Below, piece after piece: positions 16,755 to 32,020 of a stretch of 64,000 nucleotides of DNA (positions within the stretch are counted from its first letter, which is position 1; every line of letters begins with the position of its first letter). Made by a program: the position numbers and the translations under genes. The DNA lies in NCBI RefSeq assembly GCF_009914755.1, contig NC_060927.1, one strand, 5' to 3'. Under the pieces are notes generated by a model. The model was given only the letters and a program-made list of their open reading frames with translations. It was not told the origin of the DNA and ran no database searches. The DNA is from the human T2T-CHM13v2.0 reference genome, Homo sapiens.

Positions 16755-17985
16755 AATAATTTTTATTTGTATTTCAATAGTTTGGGGGGGTAAAGGTGGT
16801 TTTGGGTTACATGGGTAAGTTCTTTAGTGGTGATTTCTGAGATTCTGGTGCACCCATCACCCAAGCAGTGTACACTGTACCCAATATATAGTCTTTTATC
16901 CCTCATCCCCTCTCAACCTTCCCCTACCCCAGCCCCAGAGTCGATTTTATCATTCTTATGCCTTTGCATCCTCACTGCTTAGCTCCCGCTTATAAGTGAG
17001 AACATATGATGTTTGGTTTTCCTGAATCACTTCACTTAGAATAATGGTCTTCAACTCCATCCAGGTTGCTGTGAATGCCATTATTTCATTCCTTTTTATG
17101 GCTGTGTAGTATTCCATGGTGTATAAATACCTTATCCACTCATTGGTTGATGGGCACTTAGGTTGGTTCCATATCTTTGCAGTTGTGAATTGTGCTGCTC
17201 CAAATGTGTGTGCATGTGTCTTTTTCATATAATGACTTCTTTTCCTCTGGATAGATACCCAGTAGTGGGATTGCTGGATTTAATGATCGTTCTACTTTTA
17301 GTTCTTTAAGTAATCTCCATCTGTTTTCCATAGTGGTTGTACTAGTTTACTTTCCCACCAGCCGTGTGAAAGTGCTCCCTTTTCACCGCATCCATGCCAA
17401 CATCTGTTGTTTTTTGATTTTTAATTATGGCCATTCTTGCAGGAGTAAGGTGGTATCTCAAAGTGGTTGAAATTTGCATTTCCCTGATGATGATTAGTGA
17501 TGTTGAGCATTTTTCATATGATGGGGGCTGTTTGTATATCTTCTTTTGAGAATCGTCTATTCATGTCCTTTGTCCCCTTTTGCATGGGATTGTTTGTTTG
17601 TTTTTTTCTCGCCGATTTGTTTGAGTTCCTTGTAGATCCTGGATATTACCTTTGTCGGATGCATAGTTTGCAAGCATTTTCTCCTCCTCTGGGGTTGTCT
17701 GTTTACTGTGCTGATTATTTATCTTGCTGTGCAGAAGCTTTTTAGTTTAATTAGATCCCATTTATTTATTTACTTTTGTTTTTGTTGCATTTGCTTTTGG
17801 GTTCTTAATCATGAATTATTCGCCTAAGCCAATGTCTAGAAGAGTTTATCCAAGGTTATTAGAGGTTTTTAGAATTTTTATGGTTTCAGGCCTTAGATTT
17901 AAGTCTTTAATCCATCTTGAGTTGATTTTTATATAAAGTGAGAGATGAGGATCCAGTTTCATTTTTCTACATGTGGCTTGCCAGT
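16755..17985 (-). mobile_element. L1PB-type 3' end (3'UTR plus ORF2 C-terminus), 5'-truncated
   Basis: ttctttagtggtgatttctgagattctggtgcacccatcacc; minus-strand ORF fragments AAQFTTAKIWNQPKCPS and [28 protein letters not shown]. Confidence 0.92.
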
Positions 17986-18235
17986 TTTCAAAGATCAGAG
18001 CAGAACACACCATTTTTAAAGGAACAAATCCAATCTCCTCCAAGAAACATGCCCAGAGCTCTCCAGGTCAACACAACCTTTCCCACACCTCCACGGCCAT
18101 CAGAGCATTGGTCACTGGGTGCAGCAAAGCACAGTTGGAGTGCTTCTGCTTGCAGAGTTCTTTCACATGCAGTATTTTATTCATTTTCAGAACAGTCCAA
18201 AGTAGGTATTATTGTCAGCATATAATAAAGGTAGG

Positions 18236-18533
18236 GGCTGGGCATGGTGGCTCACGCCCATAATCCCAGCACTTTGGGAGGTCAAGGCAAGAGGATGGCT
18301 TGAGCCCAGGAGTTTGAGACCAGCCTGGGCAACACAGTGAGACTTCATCTCTACAAAAAAAATACACAAAATTAGCCAGGTGTGGTGGCATGTATTTGTA
18401 GTCCCAGCTACACAGGAGGCTGAGATGGGAGGATCGCTTGAGCCCAGGAGGTTGGGGCTGCAGTGAACCAATTGTGCCACTGCCTGGGAGACAGAGCGAG
18501 ACCCTGTCCCCCCAAATTATAATATAATAAAAA
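18236..18533 (+). mobile_element. Alu (AluJ-like)
   Basis: gaggatcgcttgagcccaggagg is typical of AluJ. Confidence 0.92.
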
Positions 18534-18906
18534 GCTAGGTACACATTGCCAAGTAACGACATGGTAGCGCGAGTGGTGACTGGTTTTCTGGTCTGGAACA
18601 CTCTTCAGCTTGAATCTAAACGATGAATGCCCGGTTCCATCTCCCTTCCTGCCCTGTGAGCTGGGTGGGCTCATCTTAGGCTCAATGGGGCCTGATTCAG
18701 CTTTGATTCCTCAGGGCTGCGGGCCCCACCCACAGCAGGTGCTATGTAAATTTGTGCTGAATTGATTTGCTGTAACTGCAGCAAGGATTGATTTCTTCTA
18801 AGCTGCATTTCTTGGTTTGATATTCTCTTAAAAAGAGAAAAACTGCAAGGAAAGAAAAAAGCTGTCCTTTCAGCTGAACCCTTGGCCTGCAGGTAGCCAG
18901 GGCTTG

Positions 18907-18986
18907 GCAGTGTAGGAGGGATTGATCTGGAGGCCTCAGAGACTGAGCAGTGTGGGAGGGAGTGCTCTGGAGGCCTCAGAGACTGC
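18907..18986. repeat. 40-bp tandem duplication
   Basis: gcagtgtaggagggattgatctggaggcctcagagactga / gcagtgtgggagggagtgctctggaggcctcagagactgc. Confidence 0.85.
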
Positions 18987-20835
18987 AACAAACTGCTGAG
19001 AACCCAGAGCTGTGGCCGCAGGAGGTTAAGTGTGGAAGGGACCCTGCAGCCAGGAAGAGCCTCTGAAGCTGGGGGCTCAGAGGTCCAGAGGATTCCACCA
19101 GCCCCACTCAGTGGTAGGGGAGACATGAAGAGCTTCAGGGAGGCCAAGAGAAGAGCTGGTTTCATAGCCAGGCTGTTTTGCAAATGTCACTTCATTGAAT
19201 CTCACAGCATTTCCCTGGGGTTGGATGGCAGGCAACGCCATTTTTTTGATGGGGGATGGGGGATGGGGGATGGGGAACCGAAGAAGGAGAATTACAATGA
19301 ATTCTTGCCTCCTAGCTATGAGAAAAAGCCACTGCCCCAGATGTACAATGCCCCGTGGGGAGACAGTGACCTGCCGAGTCTAACTCAGGAAAGAATTAGC
19401 TGTCCTCACCCCCACATTCACCCAGCGGCTCTGCACTGGTTTCAAAGGCCACCAAGTTCACGCCACACAACAGTTCTTCAAGGACCGAGGCAGGCATTGC
19501 CCCTTTCGACGGAAGAGGAGCCTGAAACCCAGAGAGGGGAAGTGACTTGCCCAAGGTCACGCGGTGCCAAAGCTAGAGCCCGATGTCCCTCCTCCCACTG
19601 CCTGCAGCTCCTGGGTTGACAGTTGATCGTGTGCTTGCCAGTCTGCAAACCCCTCGTGCTGCCTGTCACTGTGCCCAGAACGGGAGCCACAGTGGGGAGG
19701 AGAGGGTGGTGACAAGCTGAGCCCGAGCCAGCTATTGGAGAGTCCATGCCCCAGGAGTATCTCAGGATCACGGACTGCTAGAGCCAGAAGGACCTCGCAG
19801 AAAGTGAGGACACTGAGGCCTCAGAGGGGAGGGGACTTGCCCAAGGCCACACAGACAATGCCCTTTCTCATTGTTATGACAAAGAAACAACCAAACGGTG
19901 AGAAGGGGTGTTGTCTGCCCTTGCCCGTTTCCACGCACAAGTGGAACCTGGAGTTCTGACCCCTCTTCCGCTCCTCCTGGTGACAGGGGCTCCCTCAGGA
20001 ACCTGGCTTCTCTGGAGAGGCAGAGCTGTTCTTGGCTACCGAAGCACTCTCCCCTGCCCCCAGAAGTCCTTACTGTCTTTCAAGACCCCATTCAAATGCT
20101 ACTTCTCTCAAGGATGACAACCCTCCCCCTGCATCCCCGCCCTGTCCCCTCCAACACCTGTGTCACCCGGCCTGCACCTCTCACGGCCCCCTCCCTGGAG
20201 TCACGTGTGGTCGCTGACTCATGACTTTGGTGCTTCCCAGGGCATAATCTCCAGGCACAGCCCATGCCCAGGCTCCCCAGGTTCCTGGGGGTATGAGAGA
20301 CAGACATCAAAGGAGTTCCTGATGGAATGAGGTTAGCTGTGGCTGTGAGAAGCTGGGCTAGAGGACTCTGCAGGTGCCAAGTGCCTGTGGTCACGTGCTC
20401 TGGGCCTTGGGTGGCAGTTCCTGAGAGGGTGGCTTGTGAACAGCAGGTCTCGAAGGCTGGAGGAGTGGGCAGCTCCCGGCCAGGCCTTGGCCTAAGGGTT
20501 TTCCTGAGTTTAGGGCAAAGGTCCATGAAACAGCTGCTGGGCCAGCCTTCTGGTGACTGGAGCCACAGCCCTTTAAGAAACCTGTTAGTGGGGAACCCTT
20601 CAGGGGCTCCAAGTAAAGCCCCCCGCCCCCATTCTCTGGAGGAGAGGTGCCAAGCCAGGTCCCGTCATCCCCAGAAGGGCCTGAGAGGCTCCGGCTGGGG
20701 CGGCTGCCCTGGCATCTGCCCCAGGGGGCATGGGCTCAGCCCCAGCAGCCAGCACTCCATTCTGGTCACTGAGCCATGTAACATCCTCCCCAAACCCCAC
20801 CGTCCCCTGGGTTCCCACCTGCCTACTGTTCTTGA

Positions 20836-21203
<368 letters not shown>

Positions 21204-21507
21204 TAATCTTCAAACTAATGAGAATCATTAAGTCAAGATGAGCATTTTCCCCTCATGTGCCTTAAGTCACTCTCCAGATGAGGGACAGCCAGCTGGCAGC
21301 TCAGCTAAAGGGACATGCAGGCTGGAGAGCAAACACCGTGGCCGGGACTGGCTCGGGCCCTGGCTTCTCAGCCCACCCTCTCAGTCGTTCTCTGCCCTCC
21401 CAATCCCGTCTAAGTGTCAGTTTTGAGGGATGTGGAAACGCGTGAAACACACCTCCATGCATATGAAAAAGAATGTTTATGACTCTTCTATTGACTTCAG
21501 CCCCTCC

Positions 21508-21650
21508 AAGACAGCCCTCGGGACTCCAGCAGCTAGGGGACTGGATTCCTTCCTCAAAGACAGCCCTTGGGACTTCAGCAGCTAGGGGACTGGATTCCTT
21601 CCTCAAAGACAGCCCTCGGGACTCCAGCAGCTAGGGGACTGGATTCCTTC
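21508..21650. repeat. 49-bp tandem repeat, about 2.9 copies
   Basis: aagacagccctcgggactccagcagctaggggactggattccttcctca starting at 21508, 21557 and 21606. Confidence 0.93.
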
Positions 21651-21849
21651 GATTGCCCTTCATCATGTTTCAGTGGGATTCTTGAAGCAGCCTCCTCACT
21701 CCACTGTCTCCCTACCCCCACCCTGCTGTCCTCAGAAGCCCCAGAAGCCCACGCTCCTGCAGCCAGAGGGACCATCCAAAGCTTCCATGAGATCTTCTCT
21801 CCTCTGCTTCAACCCCCGCCCCCCACCGTGGCTCCCCATCTCCTCAGGC

Positions 21850-22050
21850 AGTGATGCTCAGCACCCCCATGATGAAACAGCATCACCTGTGAGCTTTAAA
21901 AAGACACCCATGCTCAAGCTCCACCCAGACCCCAAAATCAGAATGCAGCGGGGGGCGGGGGGTTGGGGTACAGGGAGGCAGGCATGAACAACTTTTTAAA
22001 GCTGCCAGGTAATTCAAATATGCAGCTCAGTTTCAGAGCCATGGGTTTAA
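21850..22050. mobile_element. MER5-like hAT-Charlie relic
   Basis: catcacctgtgagcttt...aatcagaatg...tttttaaagctgccaggtaattcaaatatgcagc. Confidence 0.6.
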
Positions 22051-24354
22051 AGAGTAAGGGTGGGGAGGGGAATCTCCTTAGAGTGGAATGCTGGTGAGGA
22101 AGTAAGTCCGGGCGGAGCCAGGATTTGTAAATCATCACTCGGAGATCACTAATACTGATGCAGGCAGCTCAACAGATGCGAAAACCACTGAGTGAGAAGT
22201 TCCTGGGGAGCAGGATCTTCATACAGTCTCAGAGGAAAACCCCACAGATTAATGACAATTTACGAAGGGGAAAGGGCACCTGTATGTTAGGGAACCAAGT
22301 TCTAAAACCCAGCATCACCAGCCGTGGGGCTACGCCATGCTCCTCCCACCTGATGCAAGGGCAGGAGACGCCCCCATCCAGGTAGAATTTTTGCCTGTGA
22401 CGTTCATTCTGAGTCAATGTTCTTCCTCAATCTGAAGAGTGCAGACTGTGGGCCATTCAAAAAAGAGCGGCCCAGGAGGTGGCATTTGAGGGAGGGGCTT
22501 CTTCATGGAGCTGCACGTCCTGGGGACTCGGAGGCATCTTGGGGAGGGTACTGGACCTCACAGCGTGTGGGTCAGGAGACACAGGTCAGTTTATTTAAAT
22601 CTCAGAAGACAGCTCTCTGCTGACCTCAAGGTTACAACTGTTATTATTATTATCCCAGAGATGCCTTGTCTATCTGAAAAAGGGCCCATCTAGGGTGAGT
22701 GAGTGTTAAGGTTGTCCGCTTACAGGTCTGAGCCGGCCTGCCCATCTCTTTGAAATGAGCACAGCCTTAGGACAGGCACGGACTCTGGGCTGGGCTGCCA
22801 GACCGGCTCCTCGCCCCTCTCTGTTCCTGCCCCCACAGCCTGACCAGCCAAGTCCACAGGCACCACAGAGCTGTAAATCATGTCCTCCAACCTGCTCGTT
22901 GTCCCTGCTGCTGGCTCAGCCAAGGAAGAGGAAATGGGACCTAAACGCTTCCCAAAATCATCCGTATTCCCATCCCCATCCCTCTTCCCCCCAGATTCTG
23001 GTGCCCAGGATTTAGCAGAAAAAAATGTGCTGCCCTCCCATGCAAGTCCGCCAGCATTGGCGCCCCCCTCCCCAGCCTTTGTGCCTTAGCTCTCCTTCCT
23101 ATGTGTACCGCTTCCTCTGCGTGGAAACACCATATGAATGCAATCGATATTTTTCTTACATGGGCAAGGATATCTAGGGATTCCCTGGAATGTCCAAGGA
23201 CAGATGTGCAGAGACGGGAATGATGATCTAACAGAGCCCCTGTGGAGACCTGCGTAAGTGGCTCTCTCCCCAACCCAGGGAGCCTGCCCTCCCTCTCTGC
23301 TTGCATGAGGGAGAGACTGGGTCCCAGGAGATGCAGGGGTGAGGACTCCCCTCTGGAGAGCAGCAGCCTGCTCTGGCAGGGAGAGCACTGGATTGGGAGT
23401 CAGGAGCCTTGGGCTCCAGGTTGGGCTTGGCCACTGGCTCACAGAAGGACCCTGAGTGAGTCCCTTCTCTGCTCTGTTTTCTGTGCTGGCAAGGGAAGAA
23501 GGTGGAGCGGCAGGGTCATCCCTAGGTCCCCTCTGGCTGTCAATCCATGGCTCTGTGATGCTGAGCCAATCCCTTCTGGCCCCCTTGCCTCGTCCTCCCT
23601 GTGAACTCAGGGAATGCCTCAAGCAGGAAGGCACCTATCCACCCACATCAAACCAGGCCACCTTGCTCTCCCTGGAGGGCTAGGTCCCCCATGGGAGAAG
23701 CACTGACAGTTCCCGCAGATCTTTACTTTCTGGGTGGGTCAGGTGACAGGGAGGAAAGGGACCTGGAATGACATGGAAGCCCCTCTGAAGTCCCTCCTCA
23801 CCCAGCTACTCCCCGACGCCTCTCAAGGGGCAGGGCAGTGGCACCCAGTCCCTGCTCCCCTCGAACAGGACTGCTTAGGCCCAGCCAGGCCTCCCCCTGG
23901 TGTCCTGCCTTCAGCCCACCCTGTCCGCTCGGCTGCTAGATCTTGTGTTACACAGGGCAGCTGCCCCCTCTTTCCTAAGCAAGGCATCTGCCTCAGTTTC
24001 CCCTACCCTTTCCGCAGTGAGCAGGACAAGCCCTGCCTCTCCCAAGGCTCAGGGAAAGGAGCCAGGCTGGGGAGATGCATTCTTCCATACCTTGGCCCAT
24101 TGCGTGTGCTCCAACCGACGAGGTGCCACCTCAGAGACAGTCCCACCCCTGCCCATCCAGCCAGGTTCTCCTCTCCCTCTCCCCTTCAACAGGGAGTTCT
24201 GCGGGTGCTTTTTCATCCTGCCTGCTGGGGCCAGAAGTCAGCAGGCCTGGGCTCTGGACTGTCCTGGCTTCCGGCTTGCTGTGTAACCTGGACAGATCCT
24301 TCTCCAGAGGGCCTTGACTTCCCCATCTGCGGAATCTGAGGGGATTAGACCTGA

Positions 24355-24858
24355 ATGGTCCTTCTCAGGATGTGGTCCTGGGTCCAGCAGCATCAACGTC
24401 CCCTGGGAACTTGTTACAGATGCAGATTCCCAGGCCACACTTGGACTCACTGAATCAGGAACACTGGGGGTTGGGGCCCAGTTGTCTTTTTTTTTTTTTT
24501 TTTTTTTTTTTGAGACAGGGTCTCGCTGTGTTGCCCAGGCTGGAGTGCAATGGCACGATCTCGGCTCACTGCCACCTCTGCCTCCCGATTCAAGTGATTC
24601 TCCTGCCTCAGCCTCCCCAGTAGCTGGGACTACAAGCGCGCCACCACACCCAGCTAATTTGTGTATATTTAGTTGAGATGGGGTTTCTCTATGTTGTTGA
24701 AGCTGGTCTTAAACTCCTAACCTCAGGTGATCCACCTGCCTAGGCCTCCCAAAGTGCTGGGATTACAGGCATGAGCCACCGCGCCCAGCCAGCAATCTGT
24801 CTTAACACCCTCTGCAGGTGACCTGGGCTGCACTAGAGGGCCTGGGTGGTGGAGACCG
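24355..24858. mobile_element. MER5A-like element interrupted by an Alu
   Basis: tgtggtcctgggtccagcagcatcaacgtcccctgggaacttgttacagatgcagattcccaggcc...actgaatcagga; resumes caatctgtcttaacaccctctgcaggtga. Confidence 0.7.
24487..24790 (-). mobile_element. Full-length Alu (AluS-like)
   Basis: Long poly(T) followed by Alu consensus. Confidence 0.95.
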
Positions 24859-24959
24859 CGATGGGCCACTCAGACTTGGCTTCAGAGTGCCGCCAGGAGA
24901 CCGCCCTCCACCCTCACTCCATGCGGGGGTTGGCCTGGGCAGCAGGAAAGCACCTTTCG

Positions 24960-25200
24960 GGGCAGCCTATAGGAGCTGAGTGATTGGCTTCAGGTTAAAG
25001 GCCCCTCACCCCCACCCAGGGCAGTGCTGAAGGGCCCTCCAGCTCCTGACCTCCTGGGGTCAGCAGGGGCTTCAGCCTCCTCCTCGACACAATCCTGCTT
25101 CCTTCCTTCTCCCCCACGGGCCTCAATCCCAAGAGCTCTCTCTATACATGCCCTGCACGCCAATCACTGTGGAGTCTGCTTCCCGGGGACTCCAGCCTGC
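24960..25200 (+). mobile_element. Old ERVL-class LTR 3' fragment
   Basis: atcccaagagc...cctgcacgccaatcactgtggagtctgcttcccggggactccagcct. Confidence 0.45.
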
Positions 25201-25269
25201 GGTAGCCTTGACAGGCTCTGACATTCAGTTCCCTTCTCCGTTCTCCTCCTCCACCTCCATCACTACAGC

Positions 25270-25440
25270 ATGTTAAGCACTCACTGTGTGCAGGGCCCGG
25301 GATGAGAACTTTAAGTGCACTGTTTTGTCAATTCCCAAGACCACCCTGGGAGCTTCATCTTACAGGTGAGGCTCAGAGAAGTTAAGTGACCTGCCTGTGT
25401 CCCCCAATAGTAGGTGGAGGGTCGGGGCTGCTCTGTCTGA
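25270..25440. mobile_element. MIR fragment
   Basis: ttacaggtgaggctcagagaagttaagtgacctgcc. Confidence 0.6.
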
Positions 25441-26256
25441 TGCCACAGCCCAGCTTCTGTCCAGCTCACCCTCCTGCATCTCAGGGAGGCCCACACACTC
25501 ATGCGGACCTCTGGAGTTGTGGTGGGGGGTAAAGAAAGGGGGACCAGGAGCAGGGTTCTGAAAATGCCTGTGACACTCAGGAAAGTGCCAGCTGACCCTG
25601 GCTTCCCACAGTAACCCCAGGGCCAGCAGCCAGGGCTCCTGAGCCACGCAGGAGATGCAGCCCCTATTCTCTAGGAACAAACAGGCCCATGGGGAAAAAC
25701 ACATGTATGTCCCTACTACAGGGCTGCCTCTGATGAGCCAGGAGAGGGGGCCCGGGAGGACTGGGGAGACTTCCTCTAGGACATGAGATGCAGGGCACCA
25801 GGCAGAAGCCAGGGACGTGCAGGTTCTTGGCGAACCTGTAGTGTGGGATGGATGGCAGGGGAGGGGCCACAGCCAGGCCACAGAGCGGCAATGACTGGAG
25901 CTTCTCAGGAGGCCAGAGCCAAAATGGCCCTCCAAGGGCAGCCAACCTGGGTGGCCAAGCGGAGGAGCCCTCTGGGTGGGGAGGAACTGCCCAGGCCTCC
26001 GGGGCAATAGGAACAGCTGCAGGTCATTCCTGGAAAAGGAGAATTAACCCAAGCCAAGCCAAGGCCTCCCTGCCTCCTGGGAAAGGCACAGTGGGGTGGA
26101 AAGAATGGAGGCTTTGGAATCAGAAAGCTCTGGACCACCCCTCAGCTCTCCCACATGCTAGGGATGTGGCTCTGAGCAAGCCATTTAATTTCTTGAAGCC
26201 TTGTGTCCCTCATCTATTGAATGGGCACAATGTCCCCTCCTTTCATGTTTAAATAA

Positions 26257-26846
<590 letters not shown>

Positions 26847-28027
26847 TAAAACCAGAACAGATGAGAGAGTTGAAAGGGACCTCGATTCTGAGATACTCCA
26901 GAACAGCAATTGTCTCAAAAGGTTTCTGTGGATAAATACATTTGGGACATGCTAGGTTAAAAATAAACATGGCCCTCTCCTGCAGGACTGATCAGAGCCT
27001 TTAATGCACTGAGGAGCACTGAGAATCCCCAAGAAGGGGATCCAGTGTGAATGGAGTGTTTCTTAAACATTTGCCCAAGAAACTTTTTTGACCACAGAGT
27101 AAGTATCCTTTAACATGGGGATACTGATCTAAGCTCATAATTATTTTATAGATGGGAAATTGAGGCCCAGAGTGGCGAATTAATATACTCAGAGTCACAC
27201 AGGGTATCAGAAGCAGAGCTGGGGCTGGAACCCAACCTCCTCCCTTTCAAGGGTCCTAGAAAATGGTGTTAGTTGTTTTCCAACAGCTGCTTGGACAAGA
27301 GGCGGCAGATACAAATGAGTCCATGGTGCCTCGTCTTGCTGCTCCCGTGGAAGGAGGTCGCACACACCACCCCACTGCCATTCTCACCTCTCTCACTCCT
27401 GATAGTGCCGGTCCCTCTGCATCCTGTTGCACTGCTCTCTGCCTCCGTTTCTTACCAGCACCTTCTGTATGGCCAGAGCTGTATGCCCAGCTCCTCCCTC
27501 AGCCTAGCTGCCGGCAGAGCTCCATGAATATGAGGAAACGCGAGTCAGTGGAGAAGGAGCCCCATCAGCCTGCAGCACTGGGGCTGGGGGTGAAAACAGA
27601 AGCAGGCAGGGGACAGCTTGGCACCAAAGCCACCTGCAGACACGAAGAGAATAAAGGTGTCCCTTTCCTCTGCAGGGAATGCTTTACTTATTCCAGCAAC
27701 ATTTAGGTGGATATGTTGCCCCACTTCTCAAAGCAAGCTGTCCACTTCCTATACTTAGGCAAGAGTGAGCAGACTGATACTGGGTTTCAGCTAAGAATAG
27801 GCCTTTGGCTGACCATCTAAAGTCAGGCAATCCTCGTGCTGCTCTGCTGTTTCATGCACTGGGGACATGGTCTTTAGGGTCCAGTGACTGTCAGAAAGGG
27901 AAGCAGCCTCCAGCCATACAATCAATCCATCGCCCATCCGTCCAGTCATCCGATCAACCAACCAGACACCAAACAGCTTCCTATCCACTCACCTGTACGT
28001 TCAAGGGAAACAGGCAAAGGATTGCAT

Positions 28028-28700
<673 letters not shown>

Positions 28701-28909
28701 AATATGAGGTGGCTCCAGCTCAAGGTAGATTTGGAACACAAAGGAAAAAGTTCTTCTATACTGGAAGCAGGAGTTGAAAGGCGATCACAGTGAAATAATG
28801 ACAGTCAACTCCTGTAAGTCTATACTAGGGAAGGAGACCAGTCTGACTTAGCTATGTCTGAAGCACACAGTTTAAAATGATCTTTAATTCTTAAAAAAAA
28901 AAAAAAAAG

Positions 28910-31155
28910 CTTTTATTTGAGGTTCAGGGGAACATGTGCAAGTTTGTTATATAGACTCATGTCATGGGGGTTTCCTGTACAGATTATTTCATCACGTAGG
29001 CACTAAGCCTAGTATCAAGCACTTAGCTTTTTTGCTCCTCTCTTCCTCCCACCCTCCACCCTCAGGTAGACCCCAGTGTCTCGTTCCCTTCTTTGCGTCC
29101 ATGTGTTCTCATCATTTAGCTCCCACTTGTGAGAACATGGGGTATTTGGTTTTCTGTTCCTGCATGAGTTTGTTAAGGATAATGGCCTCCAGCTCCATCC
29201 ATGTTTCCTCAAAAGACATGTCTCCTTCTGTTTTTTTTTGGCTGCATAGTATTCCATGGTGTGTATGTACCACGTTTTCTTTATCCAATCTGTCACTGAT
29301 GGGCATTTAGGCTGGTTCTATGTCTTTGCTATTGTGAGTAGTGCTGCAATGAACAGTCAGGGCCATGCGTCTTTATAATACAATGATTTCTGTTCCTCTA
29401 GGTATATACCCAGTAATGGGATTGCTGGGTCTGCTTTTAGCTCTTTGAGGAATCGTCACACTGCTTTCCACAATGGTTGAATTAATTTACACTCCCATCA
29501 ACAATGTATAAAAAAAAAGTCTTCTTTTCTCCACAACCTTGCCAGTATCTGTTCTTTTTTGACTTTTTAATAATAGTCATTCTGACTGGTACGATTTGCA
29601 TTTCTCTAATGATCAGTGATGTTGAGCTTTTTTTCAAGTGCTGTTTGGCCCCGTGTATGTCTTCTTTTGAAAAGTGTCTGTTCATGTCCTTTGCCACTTT
29701 TTTGTTTGTGTTTTTCTTATAAATTCGTTTAAGTTCCTTATAGATGCTGGATATTAGACCTTTGTCAGATGCATAGTTTGCAAACATTTTCTTTCATTCT
29801 GTAAACTGTTTACTCTGTTGATAGTTTCTTTTGCTGTGCAGAAGCTCTTAAATTTAACTAGATCCCTTTTGTCAATTTTTGTTTTGTTGCGATTGCTTTT
29901 GGCATCTTCGCCATGAAATCTTTGCCTGTTCCTATGTCCAGGATGGTATTGCCTCGGTTGTCTTCTAGGGTTTTTATAGTTTTGGGTTTTATATTTAAGT
30001 CGTTAGTCCATCTTGAGCTGATTTTTGTATGTGATGTAAGGGAGGGGTCTATTTTCAGTCTTCTGCATATGGCTAGCCAGTTATCCCAGTACCATTTATT
30101 GAATAGGGAGTTCTTTTCCCATTGCTTGTTTTTGTCAGCTTTGCTGAAGATCAGATGGTTGTAAATGTGTGGCCATATTTCTGGGCTCTCTGTTCTATTC
30201 CATTGGTCTGTGTCTGTTTTCGTGCCAGTAGTATGCTGTTTTGGTGAAGTATAGTTTGTAGTATAGACGTGTAGTATAGTTTGAAGTTGGGTAATGTGAT
30301 GTCTCCAGCTTTGTTCTTTTTGCTTAGGATTGCCTTGGCTATTCGGGCTCTTTTTTTGGTTCCATATGAATTTTAAAATACTTTTTTCTAGTTCTGTGAA
30401 GAATGTTGTTGGTAGTTTGATAAGAATAGCATTGAATCTATAAATTGCTTTGGGCAGTATGGCCATTTTAATGACATTGGTTCTTCTTATTCATGAACAT
30501 AAAATGTGTTTCCATTTGTTTGTGTCATCTCTGATTTCTTTGAGCAGTGTTTTGTAATTGATTTCTTTGAGCAGTGTTTTGTAATTCTCATTGTAGAGAT
30601 CTTTCACCTCTCTGGTTGGCTATATTCCTAGGTATTTTATTCTTTTTGTGGCAATTGTGAATGGGATTGCCTTTCTGACTTGGCTCTCAGCTTGGCTGTT
30701 GTTGGTGTATAGGAATGCTCGTAATTTTCGTACATTCATTTTTTATCCTGAAACTTTGCTGACGTTGTTTACCAGTGGAATGAGCTTTTGGGCTGCGAGT
30801 ATAAGGTTTTCTAGATGTAGAATCATGTCATCTGCAAACAGGGTTGGTTTGACTTCCCCTCTTCCTATTTGGATGCCCTTTATTTCTTTCTCCTGCCTGA
30901 TTGCCCTGGTCAGGACTTTCAATATGTTGAATAGGAGTGGTGGGAGAGGGCATCCTTGTCTTCTGCAGGTTTTCGAGGGAAATGCTTCCAGCTTTTCCCT
31001 GTTCAGTATGGTGTTGGCTGTGGGTTTGTCACATAGATGGCTCTTATTATTTTGAGGTACATTCCTTCAATACCTAGTTTATTGTGAGTTTTTGACATGA
31101 AGGGATGTTGACTTTTCTGAAAGCCTTTTCTACATCTGTGGAGGTAATCATGTAG
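28910..31155 (-). mobile_element. L1PA (older primate subfamily) 3' 2.2 kb with disrupted ORF2 RT/C-terminal remnant
   Basis: ttttatttgaggttcaggggaacatgtgcaagtttgtta; ORF fragments [38 protein letters not shown] and WYIHTMEYYAA. Confidence 0.95.
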
Positions 31156-31723
31156 ATTATCTTCAGTTCACGACATATTTAATTCCATTGCATTCATGTA
31201 TCCTGAATAATTTCAGTCCTATTTTGCTTTCCAGGGTCAACAGTATTCAGTTAAGCACCACTTTCTTCTTGAGCAACTTTCTTCTCTCGGTTCTTCTGGC
31301 CCCTTCACTTTGTTGTTCCCCTGTTACTTCAATCTCCTTTGCTAATTCCTCCTCCTTTTCAGCTCAGTGTGTGAATGTTGGAGTGTTCGGAGTTTGGTCC
31401 TGGGCCCTCTTCTCACTATTTACACTCTCTTCTTAAGGATTTCAATTAGTCCAGAGGCTCTAAATATCATGTATCAGTGCTTTCTTATTTTTTGTCTAAG
31501 CATCACATAGAAATAATTTTTTAAAAACCCAAACAGTGCTAAAAAGCTTATTTTTAAAAAGCAGGAGTATCTTATCTATCTTCCCCACACCTCTTCAGAA
31601 ACAATCTCTTTTCATTTGTTTCCTTCCAGGATTTACCTATTTATCTCCATATTTCTAAACAGCATGCATATCTTGCTAGCCTTTTTACAATCAATTTTAT
31701 ATAAATGTGTGTGTGTGTGTGTA

Positions 31724-32020
31724 ATTTTTTTTTTTTTTTGAGATGGAGTCTCGCTCTGTCGCCCAGGCTGGAGTGCAGTGGCACAGTCTCGGCTCACTGC
31801 AGCCTCTGCCTCCCAGGTTCAATCGATTCTCTGCCTCAGCCTCCCGAGTACCTGGGATTACAGGCACGTACCACCATGCCCGGACAATTTTTGTATTTTT
31901 AGTAGAGACTGGGTTTTGCCATGTTGGCCAGGCAGGTCTCGAACTCCTGGCCTTAACTGATCCACCTGCCTCAGCCTCCCAAGGTGCTGGGATTACAGGT
32001 GTGAGCTACCATGCCCAGCC
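31724..32020 (-). mobile_element. Full-length Alu (AluS-like), preceded by a short (TG)n
   Basis: Alu consensus. Confidence 0.95.

Noticed and set aside
28910-31155. L1 ORF2 fragments as an active reverse transcriptase gene
   Set aside because: The element is 5'-truncated, frameshifted and interrupted by stop codons.
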